A DNA stretch of 64,000 bases from Azolla caroliniana (taxonomy: Eukaryota; Plantae; Polypodiophyta): positions 15,686,001 through 15,750,000 of the forward strand of contig JBHGNT010000012.1 of assembly GCA_043228905.1 (NCBI GenBank). Reading direction: 5' to 3'. Under the pieces are notes generated by a model. That model made no database searches, had not been told where the DNA came from, and saw only the letters and a program-made list of their open reading frames with translations. Position numbers and translations under genes: made by a program. How positions within the stretch are numbered: the first letter of the stretch is position 1; every line of letters begins with the position of its first letter. Positions 35,314 through 48,400 of this stretch are shown piece by piece.

Positions 35314-37589
35314 ACATTCCGGACACGACCCATGAGTTCGGCGCACTATTACAGTTCGGAACCACTGTTGAACTCATGGAATTTTTGGCAACGCAACAAA
35401 TAAAAGTCTCACAACGAATGGCCGAGGAGCACGCGTAGTGCTAAATGATCGAGCGTGCGCTAACACAAATGGCGGAAAGCGACGATGAGGATTAGTTAGC
35501 CAGAGTTGGCCGACAGAGAAATGCTCGTATCCGCCGTATGGGGATGGAACTACCCCCATTAAATGCGGCCCTTGTCGAAGTTCATAGGGAACTGGTGAAG
35601 GTCAGTATGGGTGCCAAGGATATGGTGATTAAAAATAAAAATGTCTGGAAGATTGTCATACTGACCCAAGCTGAGTTACAAAAGGCCAATGCACGCATTG
35701 CGGAGTTGGAGCGTAACGCGATTACGGCGCAACAAGCAGCTCAACCAACAACCAACGCCGCCGAGGCCCTGAGAGAAGAAATTGAAGCCCAGACTGCCAT
35801 TGCCTCGAAAGCAAAACGGGCCGTGTAACTGGCGGAATCGGAGATTGACCGTCTCTGCTCCGAACTTTGCCAGTCCTCGGACAGAGAGAAGGACATCAAG
35901 GCCAACGACCAAAAGGCAGTGAAGACCCTTGAAGAGAAACTCGCAGCGGAGGCAGCACAACACACTCGCACGAAAGAAGAAAACGTCAAACTACGGGAGG
36001 AAGTGAAAAAAATCGGAAGCGGCAATTACGGGACTCTGGGCGTTATTAGAGAAGAAGAAAGCATGGTTTGACGAGGAACTGGTTGGGGAACAGGAGAGGA
36101 GGCATCAACTCGAAATACGCCTGAACAATGAAATGGGAAAGCTGGAAGAATTACATTCGAAGGAATCTCAGCTATGGGCAAGAATGAGGAGCATGTACGA
36201 GGAAGCGGCGATAGTTGCTAAACAAGAAATCGAAAACCTCAAGAAAACCGTAGAAGAAGCATGCAACCGTTGCCAATCAATAATCGACAACGTGCGCATA
36301 CTTCTGCAAACGAATCGGGAGAGGTTTACGGCGCAATTAAAAGCGGCGCTAGACAAAGGCTGGATGGCGTGGGCCGCACAACTGGCAAATTTGCATACAT
36401 ACCGGGCGGACTGGGAGAACCAAAGGAAAGACGGCCGAGGGTTCTACAAACTCAATGAGGAAAGCATTGCGGTAGTACGCGAGGACCTAGTGCAGGACTA
36501 TCGCATGCTAGTGGACCAACACTCTGAGGAACTCGCGCAACTACTAGACGATTTTGGCGAAAGTTAGGAGGACCTGTTTCACCAGATCATGCAAGCCGGC
36601 AGGATGCGAACAAACGAGGAATCCATCGCGATACCAATTCCGGATACTGCCAAACAAGAGGAACCTCAACCCATGTCACCAGAAATAACTGCTACGGTGG
36701 ACAGCACGGAACGGCAAGCAGAGCCCCCCGCGATAACAGAAAGCGAAACCGCTGAGCAAGAGGAAACCCAGCCCCATTCACCGGAGCGTACGACTACGGC
36801 GAACACCACGGAGGAAGTTATGGACGAGACAGAACCTCGACCTGCCGCAAGCTCGCCGACGGCTGAACCAACCACAATAGCACAAGATGAGCTAGCAGAG
36901 CCCAGACCGCCCACACAAGAAGCCAGCGACACCATGGGAAGCCCTCCCGAGCAAGTAGTGGAACCACGCAATGACACGCCTACAGACACTACGCCGTCCC
37001 CGGACCCGGACACCGGAGCAGAACCAAACATCAGGGCCATTTTGGAGGAAGATTAAAGGGGTGGGTCCGACGTGCCATGGCACTGTAGCACAGGCGTGCC
37101 AGGTGTTGTCCGTCGGAATAGTAACTGACGGATAGGAGCGCAGAAATATAGAATATAGTAAAATTGTAACGCATGTAAACGGTTCACGCAGGAAGCGTTA
37201 ACGGCTAAAAGACCTAGTGTATATAAAGGGCAGAAATCCTCTGATAGAGGTAGCGTGTAAATTTTGGTGCATAGAGCGTATCTTAATAGAGTGTTATCTT
37301 CTCTGATACCCTGAGCATATCTGTGGTTAATCTAGTGTGTGTTTGTGATTCTTGGTGTCATATTGTAATCACTGTAATCGTAAGAAGCGTAGGCATAAGT
37401 GCGAGTGCTGTGACGAGTGCACTGTCCAGGGAGTTCGGTTGTAGCCGTCTCTCGTATACACTGCTAGGATACGGAGAGTTATCCCATTACGTATTATGAC
37501 ACGATGATACCATTCGGGGCTACACCGTCACCTTGAGGTCTAGGTCGAAGGACTGACTGAAGACTGTGTTCCTAATCGGTAACAACCCT

Positions 37590-37915
37590 GTCCACCACAG
37601 AGACTGAGTACATAGTAGCATCGACAGCAACGAAGGAAGCCATCTAGATGCACCGACTATCAGCTGATTTCTCAGCGACGAGACAAATCGACCATCCAAT
37701 GCCAACCATCTATTGTGACTCTCAAAGTGCAATACACCTCATTCGAAATCCAATCTATCATGCAAAGATGAAAAAACACATTGAGGTACGGTTTCATCAT
37801 ATTGGGAGCTCGGAATGGAGAAGAAGCTCGAAGTCTGAAAGATCGACACCAAGGTGAATATCGCCGATTGCTTGATGAAGCCACTCTGAGATCAACATTT
37901 TAGAACACTGAGGAA
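37590..37915 (+). mobile_element. Ty1/copia RNase H fragment (same family as the 59725-63750 element)
   Basis: PTIYCDSQSAIHLIRNPIYHAKMKKHIEVRFH. Confidence 0.75.
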
Positions 37916-37919
37916 CACT

Positions 37920-38045
37920 CTCATTCTAGAATAGGTGTCTATTCATTCATTACAACTCATTCGGTTCAACACCAATCTTCAGCCCCTTAGCCTACTCTTT
38001 GTAACCTTTCTTCTCTTATAATATAAACTCTTTTCCATTTCTATT

Positions 38046-38090
<45 letters not shown>

Positions 38091-39171
38091 CTTCTATAAT
38101 CATCTTTTATCTTTCTCTCTCCTACTCTCAAGTCACGACAATTTGAACTGAACCTCTTTTCTTCTCCAACTTCTTTTTCAGATTATTCTTCTCTTAAACT
38201 TATTCAAGCAAATCTAGCAATTTTCTCTCGTAACTATGGAGACCGTCAACAAGCAAGAATATATGTGCGTTCTCTCCGAGCTCGACATGCTAACAACCTT
38301 ATTCGTGGAATTGGAGCAAGAAAATCAAAGATTGTTGGGAGACCTACAACAAGTGTTGAGAAAGTACAACAATATGAAGACTTATCTCAATGGGTGCATC
38401 ACTTGGAGAGTACTCTATTGCAATGACAAGTGGCGGAAGTTCAAACCTCGCCGAAAGAACCAAAGATTAGTCTTCCAGCCAAGTTTGATGGTACAAGATT
38501 TCAATTTCGTGGATTTTTAAATCAGGTACAACTCGTGATTAAATTGCATCCTAGCCGTTACCCAACTAATGTTGCTCACGTGAGACTAGTTGGTACATTG
38601 CTAACCGGTATTGCATTAGCATGGTTTGCATCACTCCTAGAGAAGCAGTCACCATTATTAGAAGATTTTGAAGGGTTTATAAAAGAATTCCAAGCCAACT
38701 TTGGAGACACTGATAGTATGAGGACAACAATAAACAAAATACAACGATTATGACAAAGAGATTGTTCTGCTTCCGCTTATGTTGCAGATTTTTGTCTCCT
38801 AGCATGTGATATTCCATGGGATGAGGCAACGTTAATGGACCAATTTTGTCAAGGTCTACGCAACGATGTGAAGGATTTACTTCTTACCTTCCATGATGAT
38901 CCAAAATCTCTTACTGAAGCAATATGTTGGGTTGTGTGATGTGAAAATCGCTTATTTGAGTAGCGTTCTGAATGCCAACAAATGTTACGCTTCTGACCAG
39001 CAACAACATATGCTTCAGTGGTCGCAACTCCATCCCAAGTGTCAAAGCCAAGTTTGGTGGAAGGCTCTACTCCAATGGAAATTGAGACAACACGACATTG
39101 AGGACCATTATCAGATGTTGAAAAGCAATGACGTCGAGCAAATCATCTATGCCTTTATTGTGGTGGTCTAA
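37920..39171 (+). mobile_element. Degraded Tcn1-like chromovirus 5' end (partial LTR + gag pseudogene)
   Basis: KEPKISLPAKFDGTRFQFRGFLNQV...FGDTDSMRTTINKIQRL is closely similar to gag at 52692. Contains stops and frameshifts. Confidence 0.8.
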
Positions 39172-40309
39172 TGTTGGCATAAAAGGCCGACTCCTTCCAC
39201 TTTGTATCCTAGTGAGTGAACATGTCTAAATAGTTAGGGCTTAATATAAAAGCAATAAACACGTTCGCGTTCACAAGTGGAAGGATTGCGCATTCCACTT
39301 GTAGAGTCTTCTTAAAACGAAGCAAATACACCCTACCCTCTCTACAAAAATTGGATGCACTAGTATCACATGTTCCTCAACTTGATGAGAATTTGCAAAT
39401 ATAAAAATACATGATAGGTTTACGAGTGGAGATCATTAGAAATCATGCAAGTTTAGACGCGTTGATAAGTTAATGTATGCATAATAAAGTTCAACAATGG
39501 CTCAATATGTCACTACTGTGCGACAAGGGAAACACTAACTTAAAGACTTATATTAATTAGGTAAGATTTACAAAAATATGAGGTGTACTTGTATCCATAC
39601 TAATAAAATGAGTTATAATTTATACTTTGACCCATACGTGCATGTATATAATTGTGGAAAATGTAGGATAGTGCACATTAGGATAAGTGATTGGAATAAC
39701 TAACTTATTAAAATATTCAATACTTGTATTTAAAGTTGATCTAATCTATTCCTCAGTTTGTTCATATGGGATCAAACCATATGTATATAATTGTGGACAA
39801 TGTAAGGTAGTGAACTATAGGATAATGTTGTGGAAATAACAAACCTAATAAGGCTTTCATACCTGTATTTAAAATTGATCTACTCTATTGCTTAGGTGAT
39901 TCACACAGGATCAAACTCCGAACGATAACGCAAGTGGAACCATTATCAACACACTACACAATCTAAGCAGCAATGGAATAGAAACATAATAGTTTTAACA
40001 ATAGAAGACAAAGATCCATAATAACAACATGGACAGTCATGACAACAATTGTAGGGCCATGTTTTGTTAAGGTTAACTTGGACCAAAATCAGCCTCCATT
40101 TAAACTAATTCATGTTTCTCCATAAATTTGGTAGTCAGCTATGCACGCGGTGAAACCAATGTCATAAATCTACTAACCAAGTATATAAAAATAAAATTAA
40201 AACATATAGAAGATTATAAAGAATAGAATCCACTACGTAAAACCCAAAACTTGTATTAATAATGTGAAATCCAAACAAATCGTCAGTGTCATTTTCTTCA
40301 TAGAGTCTA

Positions 40310-43300
40310 TTACATAGCAATCAATTCATCAACGTCATTTTCTTCATCATCTTGTGTAGAACTCTCTTCGGCTATACGTGCATCGGTTTCCCATGTTCGC
40401 CGAGCCAATGAAATATCTTCTATAAGCTCATCATCAAGCTCTATTAGCTCCCCCGGTTCGCCGGCTAACGGAGGAATAGGCTCTCGCGAAGCAGGTTGAA
40501 ACCTTTCTATATTAGCGAGGTTCTTTGCACCGACCTCCTCATCCTGGTCTGGGCACTCCCACAAAGACTTAATCCGCATATTAATAAATATAACCTGCTC
40601 CTCGTCCTTCTCCAATGCAACTGTATTTCTAAAGAGCTTCAATGCACATGCAGACGTCGTTCCTGTGAAGTAAGTAACAAGAAGATTTAATTGTCAAATA
40701 AAAAAGATTCGGTATTGGTTATCTCAAGATCGTTACCCTAGTTCAAGGAATACATGTGCCAGAAAAGAGATCTAATATCCAGTCTCCTTCGATAGAAAAC
40801 ATCTCGATCAAGCGCATCATAAGTCGCTGAGGTTTTTGATATGGGTTGACAAGTCCTCGTTCTGTCGTGGTGACATGTCGCAATTTCCGTGTCACTGCTG
40901 GATATACCAACAGATTTGAACCTCCCACTTCATTAGAATGCTCCTTGATTCTCTGTTTCTTAATTTCATCGAAGTAGCCAACCGTTATGTATTCAATGGC
41001 ATTAACGAACCGAAAAGTTGGCCCTCTATTTACATTGGTCTTGATCCTATAAAAAATAATACATCGAGTTAAGAATAGATTCAACAACCTTAAGAAATGC
41101 AATATAGTGAAAGACACCTATAAATAATCCTTACCATGCAAGGTTCTCGATGCCATGGCAACGAGATCTCAAAGCTTGAGCTACCGAGTACCCTTGGTCC
41201 ATACTATGAAAGACAACTATTCGCCACAAGGATGCGGTCGTTAGCTCAGCGAAATCCTTGACCATCTTCTCCAATTGTTTAAACCTAAACAGTTCATCGT
41301 CGTATGATGACCCAGCCATTCGAAATCCGTAAGGAATATCCGCAATCATTAGCGTATATTCCTTCTTTGGCACCTTCTGGATCAAGTCGATGACATCACC
41401 GCAAACCACATTGTAGTAAAGATCTCTCGTAATATCATTTTTGTGGCTAAATTTTTTAAAGGAGCCATCTTCCTCCATTTCATACGCCTTGACTAAGCGA
41501 CGATCCTTTTCTTTTCTGGCTCGCTCGAGATGTGCAAGGAAGGATGTAGGGAAATCGTGCATATCCTTAACTTCTCCTTGTTTCTTGCCTCGACACGGTT
41601 TCTAATAGAAGCAATAGGACATCAGGTATTATTATACAAGCTCTACATATAATGAAAGGGTAATGAAAAACCATCAATACTAACCCAATCCTTGAATGCA
41701 ATAAAATACTCTGATAATGCCTTATATGAAGACGTTAGAGGATAATCCTCGGTCACTTGTTCCCAAGTTATTTCATCATAACTTCTTGGATCTTCATGTA
41801 CACCTTATAACTATAAAATTAGAAATCAAGATTAGAACTTTGAATTACACCATATAGACTACATTTTTAGTATTTGAAAGACTTATTGAACTCAGTGACC
41901 ATTTCTTCAAGGCTTAAATCTTTCACCACAACCCTTGACAAAACAGACACAAGAAGTTGCTCGTCCTTAATACCTTGCATCGCTCTCCACAGAGACAGCT
42001 TCATGTCGTATGCCGCTTCTTCTATTGTCAAGTCAATTTTCTTGGTGGCTTGTGACTTTAACTCTAGTTGAGGGTCAACCTTACATTTCTTTTGTCGTTG
42101 ACCCTTTACCTCCTTATTCTCCCACATTGAGAAGATTTGATCTTGTAGGTCCCATACTTCTCCATCTCTAAACGCCAATTGAAACCAAGACTCATATTTT
42201 CGAAGACCATCGGACTTAACATTATCATCTACAACAATGCCGACTTCATGCAGACATTGACGTCGTAGGCCTGGATGTAACTTCACACCAAACTTTTGTT
42301 TCACGTCCAAATACTCATGGTGGAAGAACCGTATACGCTCAATGGACGACATTTTCTGCCTATAGTCATTATCATTATTATGGTCCCATGCCAACAGCTT
42401 AGCCTCTTCGGTTGTGAGCCCAACATAAATTTTGCACTCGGCATACTTGAAGAAGAAAGTCGTTGGATGTTCTCTCACAAGTTGTTGACGTGCCTCCGCT
42501 GAATGCGATCCACCAATGACAAAGTAATTATATTGATCATGCTTTCTAATATCAAAATCTTCAATGGTTTCACATTCTTCAGGATCTACCATAACAATAA
42601 AAGGCACCACAGTGGCATGAGGATTAATTTTCATTTTTTTCTTGAGATTTTGAACATGCATGCGGTGTGGCTCTCTAATCTCAAGTGGTCGTCGACCTGT
42701 TTTTTCATCAATAGGGGGCCGATGGATGTGTGTTATAGGCAAATTAAACACTTGCCCTTTCCTGACCAGTTTACGCTGCATTAACTCTCTCCTTATCTTA
42801 TTCTGCTCGGATGACAAAACACTCGATGCCAGCTCAGCTCCTGGCGTCCCCTTATTGTCCTCCTCTTCGTTTTCACTTGTTGAATCGGTGTCCGACATTT
42901 TGGTTGTCTTCTTCTTTGGTGGTCTTGACTGGACTTTGGATACCCTTTTTGTGGCCTTCAATGGGGAGGGCACTTCATCTCTTAGAGTTACATGGACTTG
43001 TATATAAGGCCTCAAGGTAACAATAAGGTTTTGTGAGCTTTCAAGATCTTTTTTGAACGCTTTTGGACCACAAGATTCCTTTACTAAAATATCTTCTGAA
43101 AGGAACACTTTACGTACCCCCTTGGAGCACTCTATCATTACTAGTATGTTGGCCGAATCTGCATCTTCGTAGTCAAATCGTAGAATACGGCCATACATAA
43201 ATGGGGTTTCCTTTCCAAGCTGCCCCTCCCCCTTCTTCTTTGCTATATACAATACGACTTTTTTCTTTGAGTCGACATATTGCATACACCATTCCTTGTC

Positions 43301-43517
43301 CGTTAGATCACGGTCCGGAAGGTCTTCACCTCTAGTAGTGGCTACAAGTTTCTTTTGGCTAACGTCAATGTGTGGTTGAGATTTTGTCTCCTCGTTGAAG
43401 AGCTTTTTTCCTCTCTTCATGGTCTCAGGAGCTACCTTGGTCTGGGCTTCGATTGGAGAACCCTGTATGCGAAGCTTTATTTTCTTCACGGGTCGTTCTG
43501 ACAGGTTCTCAAACGAC
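40310..43517 (-). pseudogene. ParB-like + beta-class DNA methyltransferase, copy 2 (exons 2-6)
   Basis: Exon 2 (43517-41883) is fully open, with AAG where copy 1 has TAG. Exon 6 (40662-40310) is intact. Lesions: 13-bp deletion in exon 3 (~41770), G>T at 40754 giving TGA across the exon 5/6 junction, and exon 1 missing. Confidence 0.87.
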
Positions 43518-44026
43518 CTATTTAAGAAAGTACATGCAAAAACATAAGTTAGGTGGTCACGTAGATTAAGGTTGTATATTAAAATATAAATAAGTAGATG
43601 AAGAACAGTTCTCACTAGCAGGCGATTAGTGGTGAAGTGAAAATATCAATCATGCATTCAGAGTACATGGTAGTCCTATATTCAAAAATCTATTCTAGGC
43701 AGGGCTATTCAAACTAGAAAATATATATCGTAATAACTAAACAGGGTTATATATTCTTTTAAAGAGGAGGTATGACTTATATTGATTCCAGACCTATATT
43801 GAGGAGAATTTGCTATCATAAAGGTAATTTGTGGGTTATTTTCTACTCTTTTAAGCTATAGTAGGTCATAAAACACCTATAATTAGGGCATGTTTTTTTT
43901 AAAAAGTAAGGCAAGTCAACATAAAAAAGACTGATTTTGACAGACAATTTGATATCTTTTCCACACAATAATTAATTGTTGCCCGAAAAACACAAATTTT
44001 CTCTTTCAGGGCCTTCTTTTATACAG

Positions 44027-44252
44027 GAACTCGATACGGCGTATTGAGTTCCCGTTTAAAGTTTAGGTTTTAAACACGAACTCGATATGCCGTATCGAGT
44101 TCCTGTGTTTTCTTTGCTTTTTAAACAGGAACTCGATACGCCGTATCGAATTCTTGTGTTTTCTTTGCTTTTTAAACAGGAACTCGATACGCCGTATCGA
44201 GTTCCTGTGTTTTCTTTGCTTTTTAAACAGGAACTCGATACGTATCGAGTTC
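44027..44252. repeat. Palindrome array, 5 copies, 51-bp period (copy 2)
   Basis: GAACTCGATACGCCGTATCGAGTTC variants at 44027, 44078, 44129, 44180 and 44231. Confidence 0.95.
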
Positions 44253-44253
44253 C

Positions 44254-45438
44254 TGCTTTCACTTTACCTAAACTATTTGATGTCATTTGTGATGCATATA
44301 CACCACACCCAAAAGTGTTACACTTGAAGGAGGTATATGACTTTAAGAGATATATATCAGATGGGGGTGGTGGGAATGTTAAAGTGCTTGCTCAGTTAAA
44401 CAATATAAGTTTCAATCACATTTTTATGATAAAGAAAAATGGAATAAGTGGTTCTACACTTTTGTATGCTAAACAATATCAACATGGGAACCTGAAGGTG
44501 GTTGCCAGTTATTACTTTGTATGCCGAGTACAATTGTCCATGGAGCTAAGCAAATGCCAATTGAGAAGAAAGGACAGTTGCAGAGCGACTTGGTATCAGA
44601 ACAAAAACGGTCATGGCTCCAAGCCTTAGAAGAAAAAAGAAAGCATATTGAGGCCGCCAAGAAATATGCCACACAACAAGACACGTCATGGTGGGATGTA
44701 TTTTATAGTGATCAGAAAGGAATTATAGACAATTGTGTATCTGTTGATAATTGGAATTTGGAAACGCCATTCACATGGTCGCTGCAACATGATCGCGTAA
44801 ATAGAACTCCGAAGCAACTAGCAAATGCGATTAATGACAGCTTAGTCCATCCACAACAAAGAGACATTTATGTGGGACCAAGGATGACCAAAGCAGCCGA
44901 AGCTAGATGGCAAGACAATTTGCAAGAGCTCACCGCGGGGATGTTGATTGCAACGCCGGCTGATGAGAACTCACATGGCCACCAATTTTGGGTTGGTAAA
45001 ATTCTAGAAGTGCTAATGCATGAAATAGAAAACACAATCAAGTCTATAAATGTTCATTGGTACAACACTAGAAGTGCAAATGCTTTTACAGGTAAGTATA
45101 CATTGGAGATGATTGAATGCCCAACAAGAAGGGGAGGTAGGAAGAGGAAGCGAAACATTCGTAACACCTCGACGCTTGATATCTCTGATGTGGATATCAT
45201 CGTGTACGACTTCACATATACAAAAGCCGGACGATTAAGGAAGTCAACAATAGATATAATAAAAGAAAAATTACCAGGTCTACAAGGTGGCTCGAGTCAA
45301 AGGCAAACGAGATCTACTACATATAATCTAGAGTCAAACCATTTGGTTTATGACGAAGATAATGCACTGATTGGTACATCCGAGGATGACGAGGAGGAAT
45401 CGTCATTGTATATTAGTTATAGTAGTTATTCTCCGTAA
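44254..45438 (+). pseudogene. 3' half of the Sola-like transposase (copy 2), catalytic core deleted
   Basis: AFTLPKLFDVICDAY...SLYISYSSYSP is near-identical to the C-terminal part of 21074-22268. 10-bp deletion near 44479. Confidence 0.88.
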
Positions 45439-48400
45439 AGGAGTGATCATGAATGTATATTTGGCTATTAAGTGTAACTACATTCCGCTTGTAACAAATC
45501 GAGTAATATAAAAGCATGTGTTTTGAATTCTTATGATTTCTAAAAAATCGTTTCTTATAAAATAACATTGGTTGTAAAGTTTGTGATATAAATTGAGAAT
45601 GTATCTTTTTGAAATTCGTCTTTTTTTAGTTACTTCTAAATCACGAAAATAGTGGATTTTTAACCTTTTTCATAGTATGTTTGAACATGTATGATACTGG
45701 TATCAATGTGTTTTGTAAAATCATTGAAAAGCCCTAAAATCAACCATAATTTCCCTTATCCTTCCATTTATGCGTGATCCTTCCACTTGTGAACGCGAAC
45801 GTGTTAATAGCCTAACGTTGTAATAGAAGGATGTCTTTGTATATCAAGAGTCTCTGAAAGAGAGCGAGAGAGAGAGAAAGAAGAGTAATAACGAAAGCTT
45901 CCATTAGAGCTGAAACTGTGTCTACGATTCCATTTGTCATCTATCATATTCTCTGTATTGTTTGCTGAACACATCCATTGATAGCTCCTCACATTCTTCC
46001 GCACCTTCATTCCAACAAGTAGTATCAGAGTGACCTGTTGTTCATTGGCAATGAAGGTAATAGAGGAAGCTGAAAAAGAAGACAAGGTTAGAAAAATAAA
46101 TCTCCTTTTTCGAAAAAGAATATGGCTTCAAAATCAGGAACAAGAGTTGAAATTCCAAAGTTCAATGGCAAAAATTTTGCCTTGTGGAAGGAGATGATGT
46201 AGGATGTGTTGATCATCAAAAGACAAGTCGAAGCCATTTGACATAGCGAAAAACCCGCTTCGATGACAGCCGAAGAGTGGAGATCCATAGGCGAAATCGC
46301 ATGCTCCACCATCCGAATGCACCTTCCTCGTTATGGGAGAAGTTGCAAGTAGTATACGAAAAAAAGTCCTCCTCATCGAAACTCATATTGATTCGACATT
46401 TATTCAATATGAAGATGAGAGAGTCAGATCATGCAACCTCCCACATCAACACCTTCAGCTAGGTGTTGTCTAAACTCGCATCGCAAGGGATTAACTTTGA
46501 AGAAGAAGTTAAAGCCCTTGCCCTCCTATCGAGCTTGTTGGCGAGTTGGGAGGCATTCTGTATGACATTTGCCAATAGCTGTTCGATCCTAAATCTAGAT
46601 GAGACAATCGGCCAAGTCCTCATTGAGGACATTTAGCGAAAATCGATGGGACTCACCATCGACGAATCGACCGAAGCCCACCACTCGACTGAGTCGATTG
46701 ACTAACCGAGTCAATCAAGAGAACAAGTGGACAAAACCGATCGAAATCACAGTTGGTCAAGAACGAGGGGAGACTGACAGTGGTCGAAGTTGAGAAACAG
46801 TCGATCAGGTGAATTCTACAATCATTATAGAGAAGCCAGTCACAATGTTTCCAACTATTGGTCGATCAAGAGGAAAGAGAGTGATTGTTGATCTGAGCGG
46901 AATCGAGGACGATCCAACTCGAATCACTCTCCAGTCGGCAACCAAGTCAATGTTGTCGACACCCGATCGGGAGAAATCCTCTCCTTAGAGGACTCGGTGA
47001 TCGGAGAAGTCCTCTACAGTGCGCAATATGCACACACGTGGTTGTTGGACTCTAGTGTCACATTTCACGTCCCCAAACATCGAATGGTTTTCGAACTATT
47101 CGACCGAAGCCAATGGCACAGTCCGACTAGGCAACGGGCATGAGTGCGTAATCGTAGGGATCAGGGAGGTCCCCATCCAACTATTGAATGGCAACATGAT
47201 CACCTAGCATCAAGTTTGGCACATGCCCGATCTGGAAAGGAGTTTAGTCTCCATCGGCATGTTAGCTAAAGACAAGCACCAAACAACTCTAAATGAATCA
47301 GTGTGGATGATCACCCGAGGAAATCTAAGAATAAGAGGTAGGCACAAGTACAATAACTTGTACCCAATGATGAAGATCATTCCAGAAGGCTTTGTGAACG
47401 TAGCCGAAAAGGCTGACCCGAACTTATGGCATGGCCGACTCGGTCATATGTCTCAACCCGGACTCGATCAATTGATGGCAGTCGGCTATATCCCAAAACT
47501 TCAAGCAAAGATGGACTTTTGTAAGCATTGTCGCTATGAGAAACAGACCCAAACTCCACACTCTCTCCATTATGAGACAGTTCATCAGCCCCTAGAGCTC
47601 GTGCACACACATATATGTGGGTCGATGCCCGGAAGATCTCTAGGTGGCTCCCACTACTTCATCACGTTCGTCAATGATTGTACTCGAAAGGTCTGGGCCT
47701 ATTCGATTAGGTCGAAAGACGAAATGCTCAAGATCTTCGCCGATGGTTAATCGAAGCGGAGAACCGGTTGGGACACAGAGTGAAGACACTTCATTCTGAC
47801 AACGGAGGCGAATATACCTCCCAAGCCTTGAAGCAGTACCTGTCCGACAAAGGGATCCGGCATCAAAAGATCGTTCCTTACACATCAGTGCAAAAGGGAA
47901 TGGCAAAACGGATCAACCGAATGTTGGCATAAAAGGCCGACTCCTTCCAAATTGTATCCGTCCGAGTGTGAACTCGTTAATAAGTTAGGGCTTAGTATAT
48001 GTAAAAGAATATGTTGTGCGGAAGCGTGTGCGTAAACACAGAGTACACAGTTCAGAGGAATAAGACAGTTCGGTAAAACACAGAAAACGCAGAGATGGAG
48101 ATGTTAGAGGGAGAGACAAAGAGAGAGAGAGAGAGAGAGCAGACAACAGAAAACCTCAAATTCTAAAATAACTCTCTGTTTTGTACATACTTTGTGCTCA
48201 GTGAGCACCTTATATACAAGCCCTGACAATCGGGCTGACACAAGTACTGACGGCACTTGACTGCTCATAAATGAGCTCTACACTAACTCCAAAATATATT
48301 CCTACGTGGAATATCTTTCCAACGGCCTCGCGGTTTCCGCACCGCTACGGCCACCTTATGCGTATTGTTTTACGCACCTAGTCTACGCACTGGGTTATGC

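Larger units (their letters stand above)
15400..37524 (+). mobile_element. Degenerate non-chromovirus Ty3/gypsy element (RT, RNase H, integrase, extra 3' ORF, 3' LTR 37084-37524), split by a nested insertion at 18879-34666
   Basis: RT motifs VVPKKNGKIRVCMDYRKLN, MMFGLK and VFLDG (15553-16236). RNase H has FRHYLLGRKF...LARWMLLLQEFDF. Integrase is at 16802-17984. The 3' ORF continues across TSD CACGC. LTR ends are TGTAGC...GCTACA. Confidence 0.8.
39258..45805. mobile_element. Sola-like ParB-MTase transposon - copy 2 (inverted, 6548 bp, internal deletion)
   Basis: TIRs at 39258-39293 and 45770-45805. TSD AATA (39254-39257 / 45806-45809) is the reverse complement of TATT. Colinear with copy 1 except for loss of the transposase 5' half, both promoters and MTase exon 1. 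Confidence 0.92.
39172..47921 (+). mobile_element. Degenerate Ty1/copia element whose 5' LTR (39172-46017) is split by transposon copy 2; gag-protease-integrase remnants 46120-47920
   Basis: LTR TGTTGGCATAAAAGG...TTCCAACA, PBS-like AGTATCAGAG at 46021, gag EIPKFNGKNFALWK, GAG-pre-integrase LWHGRLGHMS and an integrase start. Cut at 47921 by a related LTR. Confidence 0.8.

Noticed and set aside
44056-44629. Novel repeat-containing ORFs (KQELDTPYRV repeats fused to transposase)
   Set aside because: Chance translation of the palindrome array across the deletion junction.
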